IMG/VR virus record: IMGVR_UViG_2734482789_000006
DNA from: a virus
Taxonomy: Duplodnaviria; Heunggongvirae; Uroviricota; Caudoviricetes
Length of the DNA stretch: 29,156 nucleotides
Direction: 5' to 3' (one strand)
Under the pieces are notes generated by a model, which saw only the letters and a program-made list of their open reading frames with translations, ran no database searches and had not been told where the DNA came from. The translations under genes and the position numbers were made by a program. Of this stretch, positions 17,420 through 26,879 are shown in pieces (the first letter of the stretch is position 1; each line of letters starts with the position of its first letter).

Positions 17420-18220
17420 TTACAGAAAATTATATTTCCCGGCTTTTTCTGAAATTTTACGCCCCGGTGAGCGGGTATTCTTATTACCCAGATCGTTAAA
17501 GCGGGTTACGATTTCTTTCGCATTATCACGAATGGCCGCAAACTCTTCCGTGTCCACAACTTCAACAATAGTATCCACATCTTCCTGAACAGTGCTCAGT
17601 TGTGTTTCAATTGCCCCCACTCGCGCTTCCAGATCGTTAACAGCATTCGCAAGCGCCTGCAATTTATCATCACCCTGCTGCGTATCATCCTGCTGACCTT
17701 CGCTTTCAAACTTTGGCTTAATGCCAAATAAATGGTGCCAGGTTTTTTTCATCAGTTCTTCCTGCTTAATTTTTCCGTCACGGGAAATTACGCAACTGTA
17801 ATATCCCTGTTTTGATAGTCTGCGCCGACTAAAGCGCAACCGTGTAGTGCCCACACTGGCGGGATTGTCCGTTACGGCCAGTCCGCCCAGATACGTTCGC
17901 TCACCTCCGCGCCAGTTATGTTCTGGCTCAACAGAGAAATAAAGCAACTGCCCTTCATCATTGGCATACAACAGGCGCTTGTTAGGACACAGGCTCACAT
18001 ATAATCGTGCCAGCCCATCTTCCCCGTCCTGCCACATCGCCTTTAGCACTTCGCCAAAATTACCGGCATATCGTTCATGTTCAGGCCAGATTAGTGCGGC
18101 GTAATGGGTGACATCATAGGTTTCCCCCATGTCAATAATCCATTGCCGTTCCATGACCCTGCCATCAACCGTATCGCCTTCTGTGGCAACACACAGCCAG
18201 TCAGTTTTTAAATGCGACAT
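17420..18220 (-). CDS. Capsid scaffolding protein (P2 gpO-like)
   Basis: 266 aa, first gene of the minus-strand late operon, divergent from the terminase gene; acidic helical C-terminal half. Confidence 0.8.
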   Translation of the reverse strand: MSHLKTDWLCVATEGDTVDGRVMERQWIIDMGETYDVTHYAALIWPEHERYAGNFGEVLKAMWQDGEDGLARLYVSLCPNKRLLYANDEGQLLYFSVEPEHNWRGGERTYLGGLAVTDNPASVGTTRLRFSRRRLSKQGYYSCVISRDGKIKQEELMKKTWHHLFGIKPKFESEGQQDDTQQGDDKLQALANAVNDLEARVGAIETQLSTVQEDVDTIVEVVDTEEFAAIRDNAKEIVTRFNDLGNKNTRSPGRKISEKAGKYNFL

Positions 18221-18382
18221 ATCCCCCCTGATTTATTCACTGACCCTGCGAACTCAATTATTGCCAAATAAAACCGCCGCTGCATTACGCTTTATTCTGA
18301 ACAGTTCGGTTATAACGCTTTACCGAACAGAGACGAATTAACACCACCGTTTTTTCATCACAGCCACGGCATAATTATCCGC
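18221..18382. promoter_or_regulatory. Divergent late-promoter region between scaffold and terminase operons, with a dyad that may bind the late activator
   Basis: 162-bp gap between divergent late operons. Dyad GTTCGGT-N11-ACCGAAC at 18304-18328, about 55-80 nt upstream of the terminase ATG. It does not match the P2 TGT-N12-ACA spacing exactly. Confidence 0.45.
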
Positions 18383-20158
18383 ATGGCTAAATACTCTGAA
18401 GAATTAAAAGGCGTTGTTCGCGCACTTTATCTGCGACGCTATACGCCAAAGGAAATCGCATCTGAATTAAATCTGCCGAATGCGCGGATCGTTTACTACT
18501 GGGCGGAGAAATACAGCTGGGCGGATTTGCTCAGTTTTGAAAGCACAGAGGAAGCGATTGAACGCCGTTACCAGCTGCTGGCCAGCCGCGATAACAAAAC
18601 CGATCTAGACCTGAAAGAAATGGACATGCTCATTGCTCATGCCACAAAACTGCGTGCGCAGAGTAATAAACACAAAGAGAAAATGGCCAGCGGTCAGAGT
18701 TCCGGGCAAGCAGCTGCGCGGGACAACAATGACGACGAACCGCGCAGCAAACGGAAGTACAAGAAAAACGATATTACCTCGCTGACGCAGGAGGACTTTG
18801 ACGCATGGGCTGAGGAACATCTTTTTGAATATCAGAAACACCTGCGCAATAACATTGGCCAGCTTGTCAGGAACATCCTGAAAAGCCGCCAGATCGGTGC
18901 GACCTGGTATTTTGCGTTTGAAGCGTTTGAAAACGCGGTGATGACCGGCGATCCGCAAATCTTTCTGTCAGCGTCAAAGGCTCAGGCTGAAGTGTTCCGG
19001 TCTTACATCGTGAATATTGCAGAGCAGTATTTCGGTATTACGCTGACCGGTAACCCGATCCGCTTAAGCAACGGCGCAGAACTGCGTTTTCTCTCCACCA
19101 ACAAAAACACCGCCCAGTCCTACAGTGGCCACCTGTACTGTGACGAATATTTCTGGGTACCAAACTTTGCAAAACTTAACGAAGTGGCCAGCGCAATGGC
19201 CACGCATGACAAGTGGCGTACCACCTATTTTTCAACGCCATCGGCAAAAACGCACCAGGCGTACCCGTTCTGGACGGGCGATGAGTGGAAACAGGGCAGT
19301 AAAAAACGTGCGGCCATTAAGTTTCCTTCCTTTAACGAAATGCGTGACGGCGGGCGACTATGCCCGGATGGGCAATGGCGCTATGTCATTACGATGGAAG
19401 ATGCCATTGCGGGTGGTTTCAACCTGGCGAACATCGAGAAACTTCGCAACCGCTACAACGACGCCACTTTTAACATGCTCTATATGTGCGTGTTCGTTGA
19501 CAGCAAAGATTCCGTTTTCAGTTTTTCCGACCTGGAAGCCTGCGGCGTTGAAACCGACACCTGGCAGGATCACAACCCTGATGCAGCGCGTCCATTCGGT
19601 GACAGGCCAGTGTGGGGCGGCTTTGACCCGGCTCGCAGCGGGGATTTGTCCTGTTTTGTCATCATCGCCCCACCGATGCTCGCCGTGGAGAAGTTCCGCG
19701 TTCTGAAGGTGATTTACTGGAAAGGCATGAACTTCCGGTACCAGGCAAAACAGATCGAGCAGTTGTTCAAAAAATACAACTTCACTTATCTGGGGGTGGA
19801 CGTTACCGGCATTGGCCAGGGTGTTTTTGACAACATTCAGCATTTTGCCATGCGCGTGGCCGTCCCTATTCGTTACGACCTGAACACCAAAAATAAGCTG
19901 GTACTGAAAGCGGTGGACGTGGTGGAAAGCCAGCGTATTGAGTGGGATAAAAACCTGAAAGAGATCGCCGCCAGCTTTATGTCTGTGCGCCGAACCACCA
20001 CACAAAGCGGCAACGCCATGACGTTTGTCGCTGACCGCAGCCAGGATACCGGCCACGCGGAGGCGTTCTGGGCGATTACCCACGGTCTGCATAACGAACC
20101 CCTTAACTATGAAAACAAACCTAAATCCCGCTGGGGTGTAAGGAAAGAGGCAGCATGA
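18383..20158 (+). CDS. Terminase large (ATPase) subunit (P2 gpP-like)
   Basis: 591 aa, very close to the size of P2 gpP; GGAG-type SD; ATGA overlap with the portal gene. Confidence 0.85.
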   Translation: MAKYSEELKGVVRALYLRRYTPKEIASELNLPNARIVYYWAEKYSWADLLSFESTEEAIERRYQLLASRDNKTDLDLKEMDMLIAHATKLRAQSNKHKEKMASGQSSGQAAARDNNDDEPRSKRKYKKNDITSLTQEDFDAWAEEHLFEYQKHLRNNIGQLVRNILKSRQIGATWYFAFEAFENAVMTGDPQIFLSASKAQAEVFRSYIVNIAEQYFGITLTGNPIRLSNGAELRFLSTNKNTAQSYSGHLYCDEYFWVPNFAKLNEVASAMATHDKWRTTYFSTPSAKTHQAYPFWTGDEWKQGSKKRAAIKFPSFNEMRDGGRLCPDGQWRYVITMEDAIAGGFNLANIEKLRNRYNDATFNMLYMCVFVDSKDSVFSFSDLEACGVETDTWQDHNPDAARPFGDRPVWGGFDPARSGDLSCFVIIAPPMLAVEKFRVLKVIYWKGMNFRYQAKQIEQLFKKYNFTYLGVDVTGIGQGVFDNIQHFAMRVAVPIRYDLNTKNKLVLKAVDVVESQRIEWDKNLKEIAASFMSVRRTTTQSGNAMTFVADRSQDTGHAEAFWAITHGLHNEPLNYENKPKSRWGVRKEAA

Positions 20159-21216
20159 GTAAAAAGAAACGCTTTGTTAAGCGCGACCAGCGCGGCGACA
20201 AATCAAAAAAGATGAGCATTATCACATTCGGCAAACCTGAACCAGTTCTGACTACCGGCACAGATTACCGTGATATCTGGTACGACAATGCCGCCGATCA
20301 CTTCACCCAGCCGATTGACCGGCTGGCACTCGCGCAACTGATTAATCTTAACGGTCAGCACGGCGGCATCATTCACGCCCGTAAAAACATGATTGTTTCA
20401 GACTACCAGGGTGGCGGGCTTATTCACGACCAGCTGGAAGCGGCAGCGTTTGACTATATAACCTTTGGGGATATTGCGATTGCCAAAATTCGTAACGGCT
20501 GGGGTGACGTGATCGCACTTGAACCCTTGCCCGGTCTGTATATTCGCCGCCGCAAAGTCAGAGATAACGCCCTGGATAAGCCCGGTGACTACGTGGTGTT
20601 ACAGGAAGGAGAACCGCAGGTATGGCCAGAAGAAGATATTATCTTCATCAAAATGTATGACCCGCAACAGCATATCTACGGACTACCGGACTACATCGGC
20701 GGTGTGCATTCCGCGTTACTTAACAGTGAAGCGGTCATTTTCCGACGCCGCTATTACCACAACGGTGCGCACACTGGCGGTATTCTTTATACTCGCGATC
20801 CCAGCATGACGGACGAAATGGAGGAAGAAATTGAACAGCAGCTGCGGGACAGCAAAGGGATCGGTAACTTCTCCACCATCCTTGTAAACATTCCCGGTGG
20901 AGACGGCGACGCCATCAAATTCATTGAAATGGGGGATATTTCCGCGAAGGATGAATTTGCCAACATCAAAAACATCAGCGCCCAGGACATTCTGAACGCG
21001 CACCGTTTCCCTGCCGGCCTCGCCGGTATTGTCCCGCAGAACACTGCCGGACTGGGGGATGTTGAAAAGGCTGAACGCATTTACAAGAAAAGCGAAATTG
21101 CCCCCATCCAGCGCCGTTTCATGCTTGCCGTTAACAACGATCCCGAAATACCGGAAAGGCTACACCTTAACTTTGATTTAAGTTACACAGAATCAACGGA
21201 TAAGGGTGCGGCATGA
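20155..21216 (+). CDS. Portal protein (P2 gpQ-like)
   Basis: 353 aa following the terminase with overlapping stop/start; size and order match P2 gpQ. Confidence 0.8.
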   Translation: MSKKKRFVKRDQRGDKSKKMSIITFGKPEPVLTTGTDYRDIWYDNAADHFTQPIDRLALAQLINLNGQHGGIIHARKNMIVSDYQGGGLIHDQLEAAAFDYITFGDIAIAKIRNGWGDVIALEPLPGLYIRRRKVRDNALDKPGDYVVLQEGEPQVWPEEDIIFIKMYDPQQHIYGLPDYIGGVHSALLNSEAVIFRRRYYHNGAHTGGILYTRDPSMTDEMEEEIEQQLRDSKGIGNFSTILVNIPGGDGDAIKFIEMGDISAKDEFANIKNISAQDILNAHRFPAGLAGIVPQNTAGLGDVEKAERIYKKSEIAPIQRRFMLAVNNDPEIPERLHLNFDLSYTESTDKGAA

Positions 21217-21266
21217 GGCGAAACAGGCTAAAATCCAGGCATCATTTAACAGCTGGAGCATGGAAT

Positions 21267-21536
21267 ATGCGAGTTCTGAAAATCGAATGCCCGGAATGCG
21301 GCTCAAAGGCTGTTATTCGTAAAACGAACAGAAAGCACCGGCAGATTGCGGATATTTACTGCGCCTGTTCAGATGTTGAGTGTGGCCATACGTTTGTTAT
21401 GAATCTGACGTTCTCCCACACTCTCAGCCCCAGCGCTAAAACGGGTGATGCGATGGTGCAAAAAATACTGAATGCACTTTCACCCGATCAGCGCCAGATG
21501 GCATTAGACCTACTGAAAGCGACTCCCGCCGCCTGA
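21267..21536 (+). CDS. ogr: Ogr/Delta-family zinc-finger late transcription activator
   Basis: MRVLKIECPECGSKA...YCACSDVECGHTF gives the C-x2-C ... C-x-C-x4-C pattern of the P2 Ogr / 186 B family. ATG at 21267 with GGAG upstream; the listed ORF extends in frame back to 21213. Confidence 0.75.
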   Translation: MRVLKIECPECGSKAVIRKTNRKHRQIADIYCACSDVECGHTFVMNLTFSHTLSPSAKTGDAMVQKILNALSPDQRQMALDLLKATPAA

Positions 21537-21716
21537 AACGCCCCCACTCTGGGGGCGTTGCCCTTCCTTTTTAACCATTTCGCGAACCTCTCCCGCAAGC
21601 TCTCCAATCCAGGCCAAAGCGATTGTTTTTTCTCTCTGGTTACTTTCGTAAACATGGGCAATTTTTGCCAATAACTCAATGCGTTCCAGCTGTGCCGACG
21701 CCTCCAAAAGATCCAT
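21510..21716 (-). CDS. Small ORF (68 aa) downstream of a LexA box; candidate SOS-inducible antirepressor (186 Tum-like role)
   Basis: ATG at 21714-21716, preceded on the minus strand by a LexA-like box that overlaps a TTCACA-17-TACTGT promoter-like element. The 3' end reads through the terminator hairpin and overlaps the ogr-like gene, so the true extent is uncertain. Confidence 0.4.
   Translation of the reverse strand: MDLLEASAQLERIELLAKIAHVYESNQREKTIALAWIGELAGEVREMVKKEGQRPQSGGVSGGGSRFQ
21539..21572. terminator. Stem-loop with T-rich tail after the late-activator gene, possibly bidirectional
   Basis: CGCCCCC-ACTCT-GGGGGCG at 21539-21557, followed by TTGCCCTTCCTTTTT on the plus strand and a short T run on the minus strand. 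Confidence 0.4.
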
Positions 21717-21738
21717 TTAGCCCCCACAAGCAATAAAT

Positions 21739-21758
21739 AACTGGATATACATACAGTA
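21739..21758. promoter_or_regulatory. LexA (SOS) box
   Basis: AACTGGATATACATACAGTA: CTG-N10-CAG with an AT-rich centre, 17/20 matches to the E. coli consensus TACTGTATATATATACAGTA. Confidence 0.6.
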
Positions 21759-21835
21759 TACCTTAAAGCACTAATTGTGAAATTTAATTTCCTGCCATCT
21801 ACTGACAAATGAATGCCTTTCACATACTTACACCA

Positions 21836-23857
21836 CTACAACCACCCCGGCCACAGCTCCTGCAATGGCTCGTTTTGAGTCTCTTTAAGCCGCCCGTTAC
21901 GGTAAATCAGTGCCCCCTGACCAAATATCAAACCACTCCCCCGCAGGAGAATGGCTATTTCTTCATCGGAACCATCAAAACCCCGACTGCGTAATTCCAG
22001 TTTTAACCGTCTGCGGGTTCCCCCCTCCGTACAGTTATTGACAGAACTCCAAGGGGCGGCGCTGCCGCCAGAAAAACCCGCCTCCGCTGGCGCTTCGGCC
22101 AACTTCGCAACCTTTTGCCACTTAACCAGACGGGTGCAAACTTCTGAATCAGGAACCAAAGGAGAATAAACACCTTGTACGCGCTGCACGTCCTCCGCGT
22201 ATTCGTTGCCCTGTTCCGTAATTTCATAGGCCAGACGAACAACCAGATCACGGCGGGCAACCAGTGCACCTCCCTGCGCCTGGGTATATGCAGCCCAGTC
22301 CCCGACATCAGCAGCGACCAGAACCGCATCCATTCTGCGATCTGTCAGTACCTGATCCCGCAACCGACGCAGCTCACGCCAGACGGTTACCGGCGCACCA
22401 CCAATTTGCTGAAACTGGCGAATACGCCAGCGTGAAGCCCACGCGGAAACGGACTTAGCCATATCACGCAGGTTTTCGCCGGTTTCTTCGTCCTGCTCAC
22501 CATCCAGCGCAAAACCATCAATATTTTTTGAAATGTATTTCGCGATGTAGCCCGTGGCCGAACCTTTGGCGGGATCGATAGCTTCAACATGAAAACGCGC
22601 CTTCAGCGCCTTTTCAGATTGCAGTTCTTCAGAATCGGTAATTCTGGCGTGATAGCAAAGAATATCGCGCACCGTGTCCACGTCCTGCGGACGCATAAAA
22701 AGCAACATATGCCAGTGCGGTGTCCCGTCATGGTGAGGCTCAACAACCCGAAACCCAAATACATGAATACCCGCACGCGAGATCGCTGCGCGTGCTTTTG
22801 CCCATACGCCGCATAAATAGCGCTGGGTATCCTGCGGCGTACTTCCATCCCATTGCGATACAAAGCCCCCTTTGCTGTGAACCGCATGGAAACGTGATGG
22901 CGCGGTGATAGTGTAAAACTCACCGGCCAGCCCTTCTTCATTGGCCATATCTTCAAACCCTCGCATTCTTACCATTAGTTCACATCGACGGATCGCCGGA
23001 TTTGCAACGCTGCGGTGCACCATGCTGTCCAGTGCAATGCGCAGCCCCTCATCATTCAGCAGATCAAACTTTTTAAAGAACTCCAGATTCCGCCTTTTCT
23101 GGTCTATCCATTCGCCCAGTGTTTTGCGGGATACATAAGCGCTGGCCGCTTTTTGCACCTGTCCCACCGCAATGGCCATGTGCTCGCGCTGCGTATCACG
23201 CGCACGTTTAAGACGCAGGTACCACCATTCCGGTGCCATCATGCGCAGTATCCCGGATTCCGCCTTACGCATTTCCAGTTGACCTTCATTGGCCTCATGT
23301 TCAGCCCAGTACGGCGGCTGGTTATTCAGCATCAGGCAACAGGCACAAAGATGGCGGTAAGATTCCAGGGTGCGGCGATGCAGCTCTCTGGCGTCGTCAG
23401 TGCCGGAATCAAACTGTTCGGTGAAGTCATAAAGTGACTGGGAAATCCAGCCAGATACCTGACCAGCCAGTTTTTTAAGATCAGGACGGTCTAGTGACGG
23501 CAAGCGCTCCAGCGACTTACCAAAAGGAAGATCAGCAGCATCAGCGGCCAGTGAGTAACGCGCAGCCACTTTACGCAGACGTGGCAATACACTCCCGCCG
23601 ATGGTCTTGCGCAGGAATGTATTGGCAAGGCGACGCCCGTCACGACGAGCAAAAAGCTTTTCATAGCGACGGCCAAAATACCCGGCTAACCAGTCGGGTA
23701 TCTCATGCAGGTACCGGGATCGCCATTCATAATCCTGCGGGTTTACAGCCCACAGGCGGCGTTCTGTGATAGTCGCGTCTGCCGGTATGCCTGGTGCGAA
23801 AGTTTCCCGCCTCCAGGCATCAACGGCATAGCATTGTTCGTTTATTGCCAGCGTCAT
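21836..23857 (-). CDS. Rolling-circle replication initiator (P2 gpA-like)
   Basis: 673 aa; contains a histidine-hydrophobic-histidine segment (HHDGTPHWHMLLF); last large early gene, as for P2/186 A. Confidence 0.85.
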   Translation of the reverse strand: MTLAINEQCYAVDAWRRETFAPGIPADATITERRLWAVNPQDYEWRSRYLHEIPDWLAGYFGRRYEKLFARRDGRRLANTFLRKTIGGSVLPRLRKVAARYSLAADAADLPFGKSLERLPSLDRPDLKKLAGQVSGWISQSLYDFTEQFDSGTDDARELHRRTLESYRHLCACCLMLNNQPPYWAEHEANEGQLEMRKAESGILRMMAPEWWYLRLKRARDTQREHMAIAVGQVQKAASAYVSRKTLGEWIDQKRRNLEFFKKFDLLNDEGLRIALDSMVHRSVANPAIRRCELMVRMRGFEDMANEEGLAGEFYTITAPSRFHAVHSKGGFVSQWDGSTPQDTQRYLCGVWAKARAAISRAGIHVFGFRVVEPHHDGTPHWHMLLFMRPQDVDTVRDILCYHARITDSEELQSEKALKARFHVEAIDPAKGSATGYIAKYISKNIDGFALDGEQDEETGENLRDMAKSVSAWASRWRIRQFQQIGGAPVTVWRELRRLRDQVLTDRRMDAVLVAADVGDWAAYTQAQGGALVARRDLVVRLAYEITEQGNEYAEDVQRVQGVYSPLVPDSEVCTRLVKWQKVAKLAEAPAEAGFSGGSAAPWSSVNNCTEGGTRRRLKLELRSRGFDGSDEEIAILLRGSGLIFGQGALIYRNGRLKETQNEPLQELWPGWL

Positions 23858-24729
23858 GCGCTGGCCTCACAAGTCGCCGGTAAAGGCCATTTAAGAATCA
23901 GCTCTGCCGCCGTTTTCGGGCTTGCAGCTGCCGCACCGACACTACGCGGCGCATTAACCTTTACGGCGTCAAACCCTGCATACAGGTAATGCACCATTTC
24001 CAGATCGCTGTTTGACGCGACAACGGGAATCCCACGTTCCGCCAGACGGCGCAGTTTACGCGCCAGCCGCCCCTGATCCATATGCGAAAAACCGCGCTCA
24101 TGGTAAGCGGTGAAATTGTCGGCATCAGTCAGATAAGGCGGATCACAGTAAACAACGTCACTCCCGCCCCGAACCAAATCAAGCGTTTCTGAATAGTGGG
24201 CAGTAATGAACGTTGCGCGTTTTGCTTTTTCAGCAAAGGCGCGGATTTCATTAGCGGGGAAATAAGGCTTTTTGTACTTACCGAACGGGACGTTGAACTG
24301 GCCTCGACGGTTATACCGACACAGACCATTGAAGCAGTGCCGGTTCAGGTACAGGAAACGCGCAGCATTTTCAACAGATTCAGAACCGGCCTTACCACCA
24401 GAAAGATTGAAAGCATCACGCACTGCGTAATAGAAAACGGCACGGCTTTCTACATCACCTAACGAACCGGCAGAAAACAGGATCTCCAGCTCATTCAGCA
24501 GCGCATCAGTGTGATACGCCATCGCCTTATAAAGATTAACCAGGTCAGGATTCACATCTGCGATCAGATACTCGTCATAATCCGTATTCATCATGACAGC
24601 GCAGGAACCTGCGAACGGTTCAACCAGGCGTTTACCTTCTGGGAGGTGCGGACGCAGCTTAGGCATGAGGCGGGCTTTGCTGCCCACCCATTTAAGCGGA
24701 GTTTTAACGGCCATATTGACCTCCGCCAA
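23854..24729 (-). CDS. dam: DNA adenine (N6) methyltransferase, Dam family
   Basis: AdoMet-binding motif PFAGS and catalytic DPPY (VYCDPPYL); stop overlaps the gpA-like start (ATGA). Confidence 0.85.
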   Translation of the reverse strand: MAEVNMAVKTPLKWVGSKARLMPKLRPHLPEGKRLVEPFAGSCAVMMNTDYDEYLIADVNPDLVNLYKAMAYHTDALLNELEILFSAGSLGDVESRAVFYYAVRDAFNLSGGKAGSESVENAARFLYLNRHCFNGLCRYNRRGQFNVPFGKYKKPYFPANEIRAFAEKAKRATFITAHYSETLDLVRGGSDVVYCDPPYLTDADNFTAYHERGFSHMDQGRLARKLRRLAERGIPVVASNSDLEMVHYLYAGFDAVKVNAPRSVGAAAASPKTAAELILKWPLPATCEASA

Positions 24730-25054
24730 CTAACGACTCTGTTACACCGTTTGAAATGATGTATTCCAGCACTTCAAGCGGTGACAGCGAACGGATAGAT
24801 AAAACCACCCAATTTTCGGTATCAGCGATAATTTCATTCACCGGCAAAACATGGGTGATAACTGCCGCCCACTCTCGCCCGGTGTATTTCCCGTGCTTCC
24901 ACTCGCACAATGAAAGAACATCACCGGTTTTATACCCGCGATCGTTTTTTCGCAGCTCGGCCTTTTTCTGACCAGCCACTACTGCATCAAGATATTTTGG
25001 CGCAATTTTTACCGCATGAATTTTTACTGCCATGCCACACCGCCTTTGCTGCAA
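24704..25054 (-). CDS. Small early protein, possibly ASCH/PUA-like (tentative)
   Basis: 116-aa ORF (likely start [10 protein letters not shown]) overlapping the dam start; the domain guess rests on a recalled pattern and is weak. Confidence 0.35.
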   Translation of the reverse strand: MQQRRCGMAVKIHAVKIAPKYLDAVVAGQKKAELRKNDRGYKTGDVLSLCEWKHGKYTGREWAAVITHVLPVNEIIADTENWVVLSIRSLSPLEVLEYIISNGVTESLVGGGQYGR

Positions 25055-25257
25055 ATCGCTGCGGCTTCTTCGCGGATTAACTCAACGATTTCCGTTGCGC
25101 TTAAACCTTCATTGGCCGCATGAGTGGCCAGCTTATCCAGACGGGTGGGACACAGATCAGCAGCTGCGGCTTTACCTTCCTGCGTGGCTTTGGTGAGCAT
25201 GGCCAGCAGGTCGGTGCCTGATTTTGTTGCGGGTAAATCCTGACGTGTCATGTGCAT
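25024..25257 (-). CDS. Small hypothetical early protein (77 aa)
   Basis: ORF in the early operon between the 133-aa gene and the ASCH-like gene; no recognisable motif. Confidence 0.35.
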   Translation of the reverse strand: MHMTRQDLPATKSGTDLLAMLTKATQEGKAAAADLCPTRLDKLATHAANEGLSATEIVELIREEAAAICSKGGVAWQ

Positions 25258-25324
25258 TTTGGTTTCCTTAAGGCAAAAGAATCCCCGGCCACTTGAACCG
25301 TGGCCAAAAAATTCAGGCTGTTAA

Positions 25325-25726
25325 TTAGTGAAAAGAGGGTTGTACTGTGGCGGCTGAGTAGTTCGGAGCCGGAATCAGGTGCAGCTCATAGGTTGTCCGC
25401 CACCACTCCTGGATCAGCGCTTTTATCTCGCCAACTCCCAATGCCCCGGCTGTATAGAAAATTGCACGAATCCCCGCCAGCGCTTCTATCTGGGCTTCTT
25501 TGCTTTCCGCTTCGCGATACACGCAGCACCAGAAAGCAGCATTGATCGCCAGCCAGTGACGCGGATTTGTCATGTGTTCAGTGTCATTGAAGAAGAACGG
25601 ATGCAAAGCGATACGCCCATTTTTACTGGTGCTTTTCTCTGCAAACGCTAATGCGTAGTTATGCGGGACGCCCCACACAGCCAGCTCTGCCCCCAACGAT
25701 TTGCCCTCAACGGAAATAATGGTCAT
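25325..25726 (-). CDS. Hypothetical early protein (133 aa)
   Basis: ORF coupled to the upstream gene, in the slot occupied by fil/dhr-type host-takeover genes in phage 186. Confidence 0.4.
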   Translation of the reverse strand: MTIISVEGKSLGAELAVWGVPHNYALAFAEKSTSKNGRIALHPFFFNDTEHMTNPRHWLAINAAFWCCVYREAESKEAQIEALAGIRAIFYTAGALGVGEIKALIQEWWRTTYELHLIPAPNYSAATVQPSFH

Positions 25727-26349
25727 TAGTGATTCCCCTGTTGCTGGAACTTATGGACAATATGCGGCGCGATCACCATCTGCACCCCGCCACTGCTATA
25801 AATGGGATGTACTTTTTTGATCGGGCGGTTCGCGGTGCGCTTCGAAAAATCGCTGTCACGTAAACTGCCGAAACCTTCAAACGTTAACCGCGCCCGTGAA
25901 ATGCCCTGGCGCAGTTGAATCATGTCCCGATAGCCCAGGCGGTCATAAAGCTCCCGCCAGCAGCACTTACTTAAATGGGCTTTAAATGCCCCGGTACCAG
26001 ATGTAACCGCAGCAGCATGAAGCACTACGCCGCGCCACTCCGGTGTTAAGTTGTCCCACCATTCAGCGGCCTCGCTGCTTTCGCTGAAGTATTTGCGGCG
26101 GATCTGTTTTAAATGCTCCAGTCCGCGCTTTTGCTGTTCCTGGCTAATCGCCATAACGCCTCCTATAGCCCCATCAGACGACGCCACCACGGGCGGCGCG
26201 GCTGCTGGCCATTGAATTTGTACATGTGGCTTGGGTTCCAGCGCTGACCGTTCGGCAGTTCTATCCAGCCCGTTGAACCACTCGGCAACTGCATGGCTGG
26301 TGATTCTTTTTTCAGGTAAGTGACAAACGCTTTCATAGTGTTCCCTCAC
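25726..26349 (-). CDS. Hypothetical early protein (up to 207 aa; start uncertain)
   Basis: The ORF begins with a GTG overlapping the CII-like stop; internal ATG starts are possible. No recognisable motif. Confidence 0.4.
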   Translation of the reverse strand: MREHYESVCHLPEKRITSHAVAEWFNGLDRTAERSALEPKPHVQIQWPAAAPPVVASSDGAIGGVMAISQEQQKRGLEHLKQIRRKYFSESSEAAEWWDNLTPEWRGVVLHAAAVTSGTGAFKAHLSKCCWRELYDRLGYRDMIQLRQGISRARLTFEGFGSLRDSDFSKRTANRPIKKVHPIYSSGGVQMVIAPHIVHKFQQQGNH

Positions 26350-26849
26350 ATCAGGCCGGTGGCGTTGGTTGTGACCAGATCCACCGCAGCAGCCAGAACC
26401 GGCGCAGAGTGAATACGGCTTTCAACGGTATAAGCCAGCACGGATAAGCTACGGATTGCATCGCGGGCGCGATCCAAAATTTGAGTACGGCGGGCGGCGG
26501 TCATATTGCCAGTTGATACGGCTTCCCCAGCAATCGCTCCCACACACGCAGTGGCGCTAAGCGCACACAGTTGCATGTTGGCTTCAGTGGCATTGTTCAC
26601 CGGCACGGATGGAAGGCAGTTAATCTGACCTAACATCCCATCAAGTAAACGTGCATCTTCGGTGTAATCCGTGATAGCCAAAAGCTCATCACAGGTTAGG
26701 CGGTGCGGTTGCGCTGGGTTCAGTTTGTTGCGCAGGATCTGTGGCCTCATACCAACAGCAGCGGCCACATCTTCAAGATTGTGCTCAGTTGCAAATGCTC
26801 GGCAAGCCGCATCAAAGTGCGCATGTTTAGAGGTCTGGTAATCAAACAT
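26346..26849 (-). CDS. CII-like lysogeny-establishment regulator (phage 186 type)
   Basis: 167 aa beginning MFDYQTSKHAHFDAACRAFA...LRNKLNP, resembling 186 CII as I recall it; second gene of the lytic operon after the Apl/Cox-like gene. Confidence 0.7.
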   Translation of the reverse strand: MFDYQTSKHAHFDAACRAFATEHNLEDVAAAVGMRPQILRNKLNPAQPHRLTCDELLAITDYTEDARLLDGMLGQINCLPSVPVNNATEANMQLCALSATACVGAIAGEAVSTGNMTAARRTQILDRARDAIRSLSVLAYTVESRIHSAPVLAAAVDLVTTNATGLM

Positions 26850-26879
26850 TGTTTGCCTCTCCCTAATCCGTAGGATGGA

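Noticed and set aside
21537-21835. Search for a P2/186-type cos site (19-nt cohesive end resembling GGCGAGGCGGGGAAAGCAC) between the replication and portal genes
   Set aside because: No matching sequence seen by eye in this region or upstream of the terminase gene; cos cannot be placed without an alignment.
21809-21994. 61-aa plus-strand ORF downstream of the LexA box, antisense to the replication gene
   Set aside because: Proline-rich low-complexity translation overlapping the replication gene's 3' end; the minus-strand ORF is the more plausible LexA target.
25287-25305. Stem-loop GGCCAC-TTGAACC-GTGGCC between two early genes
   Set aside because: The U run lies upstream rather than downstream of the hairpin on the transcribed strand, so it is not a canonical intrinsic terminator; function unclear.
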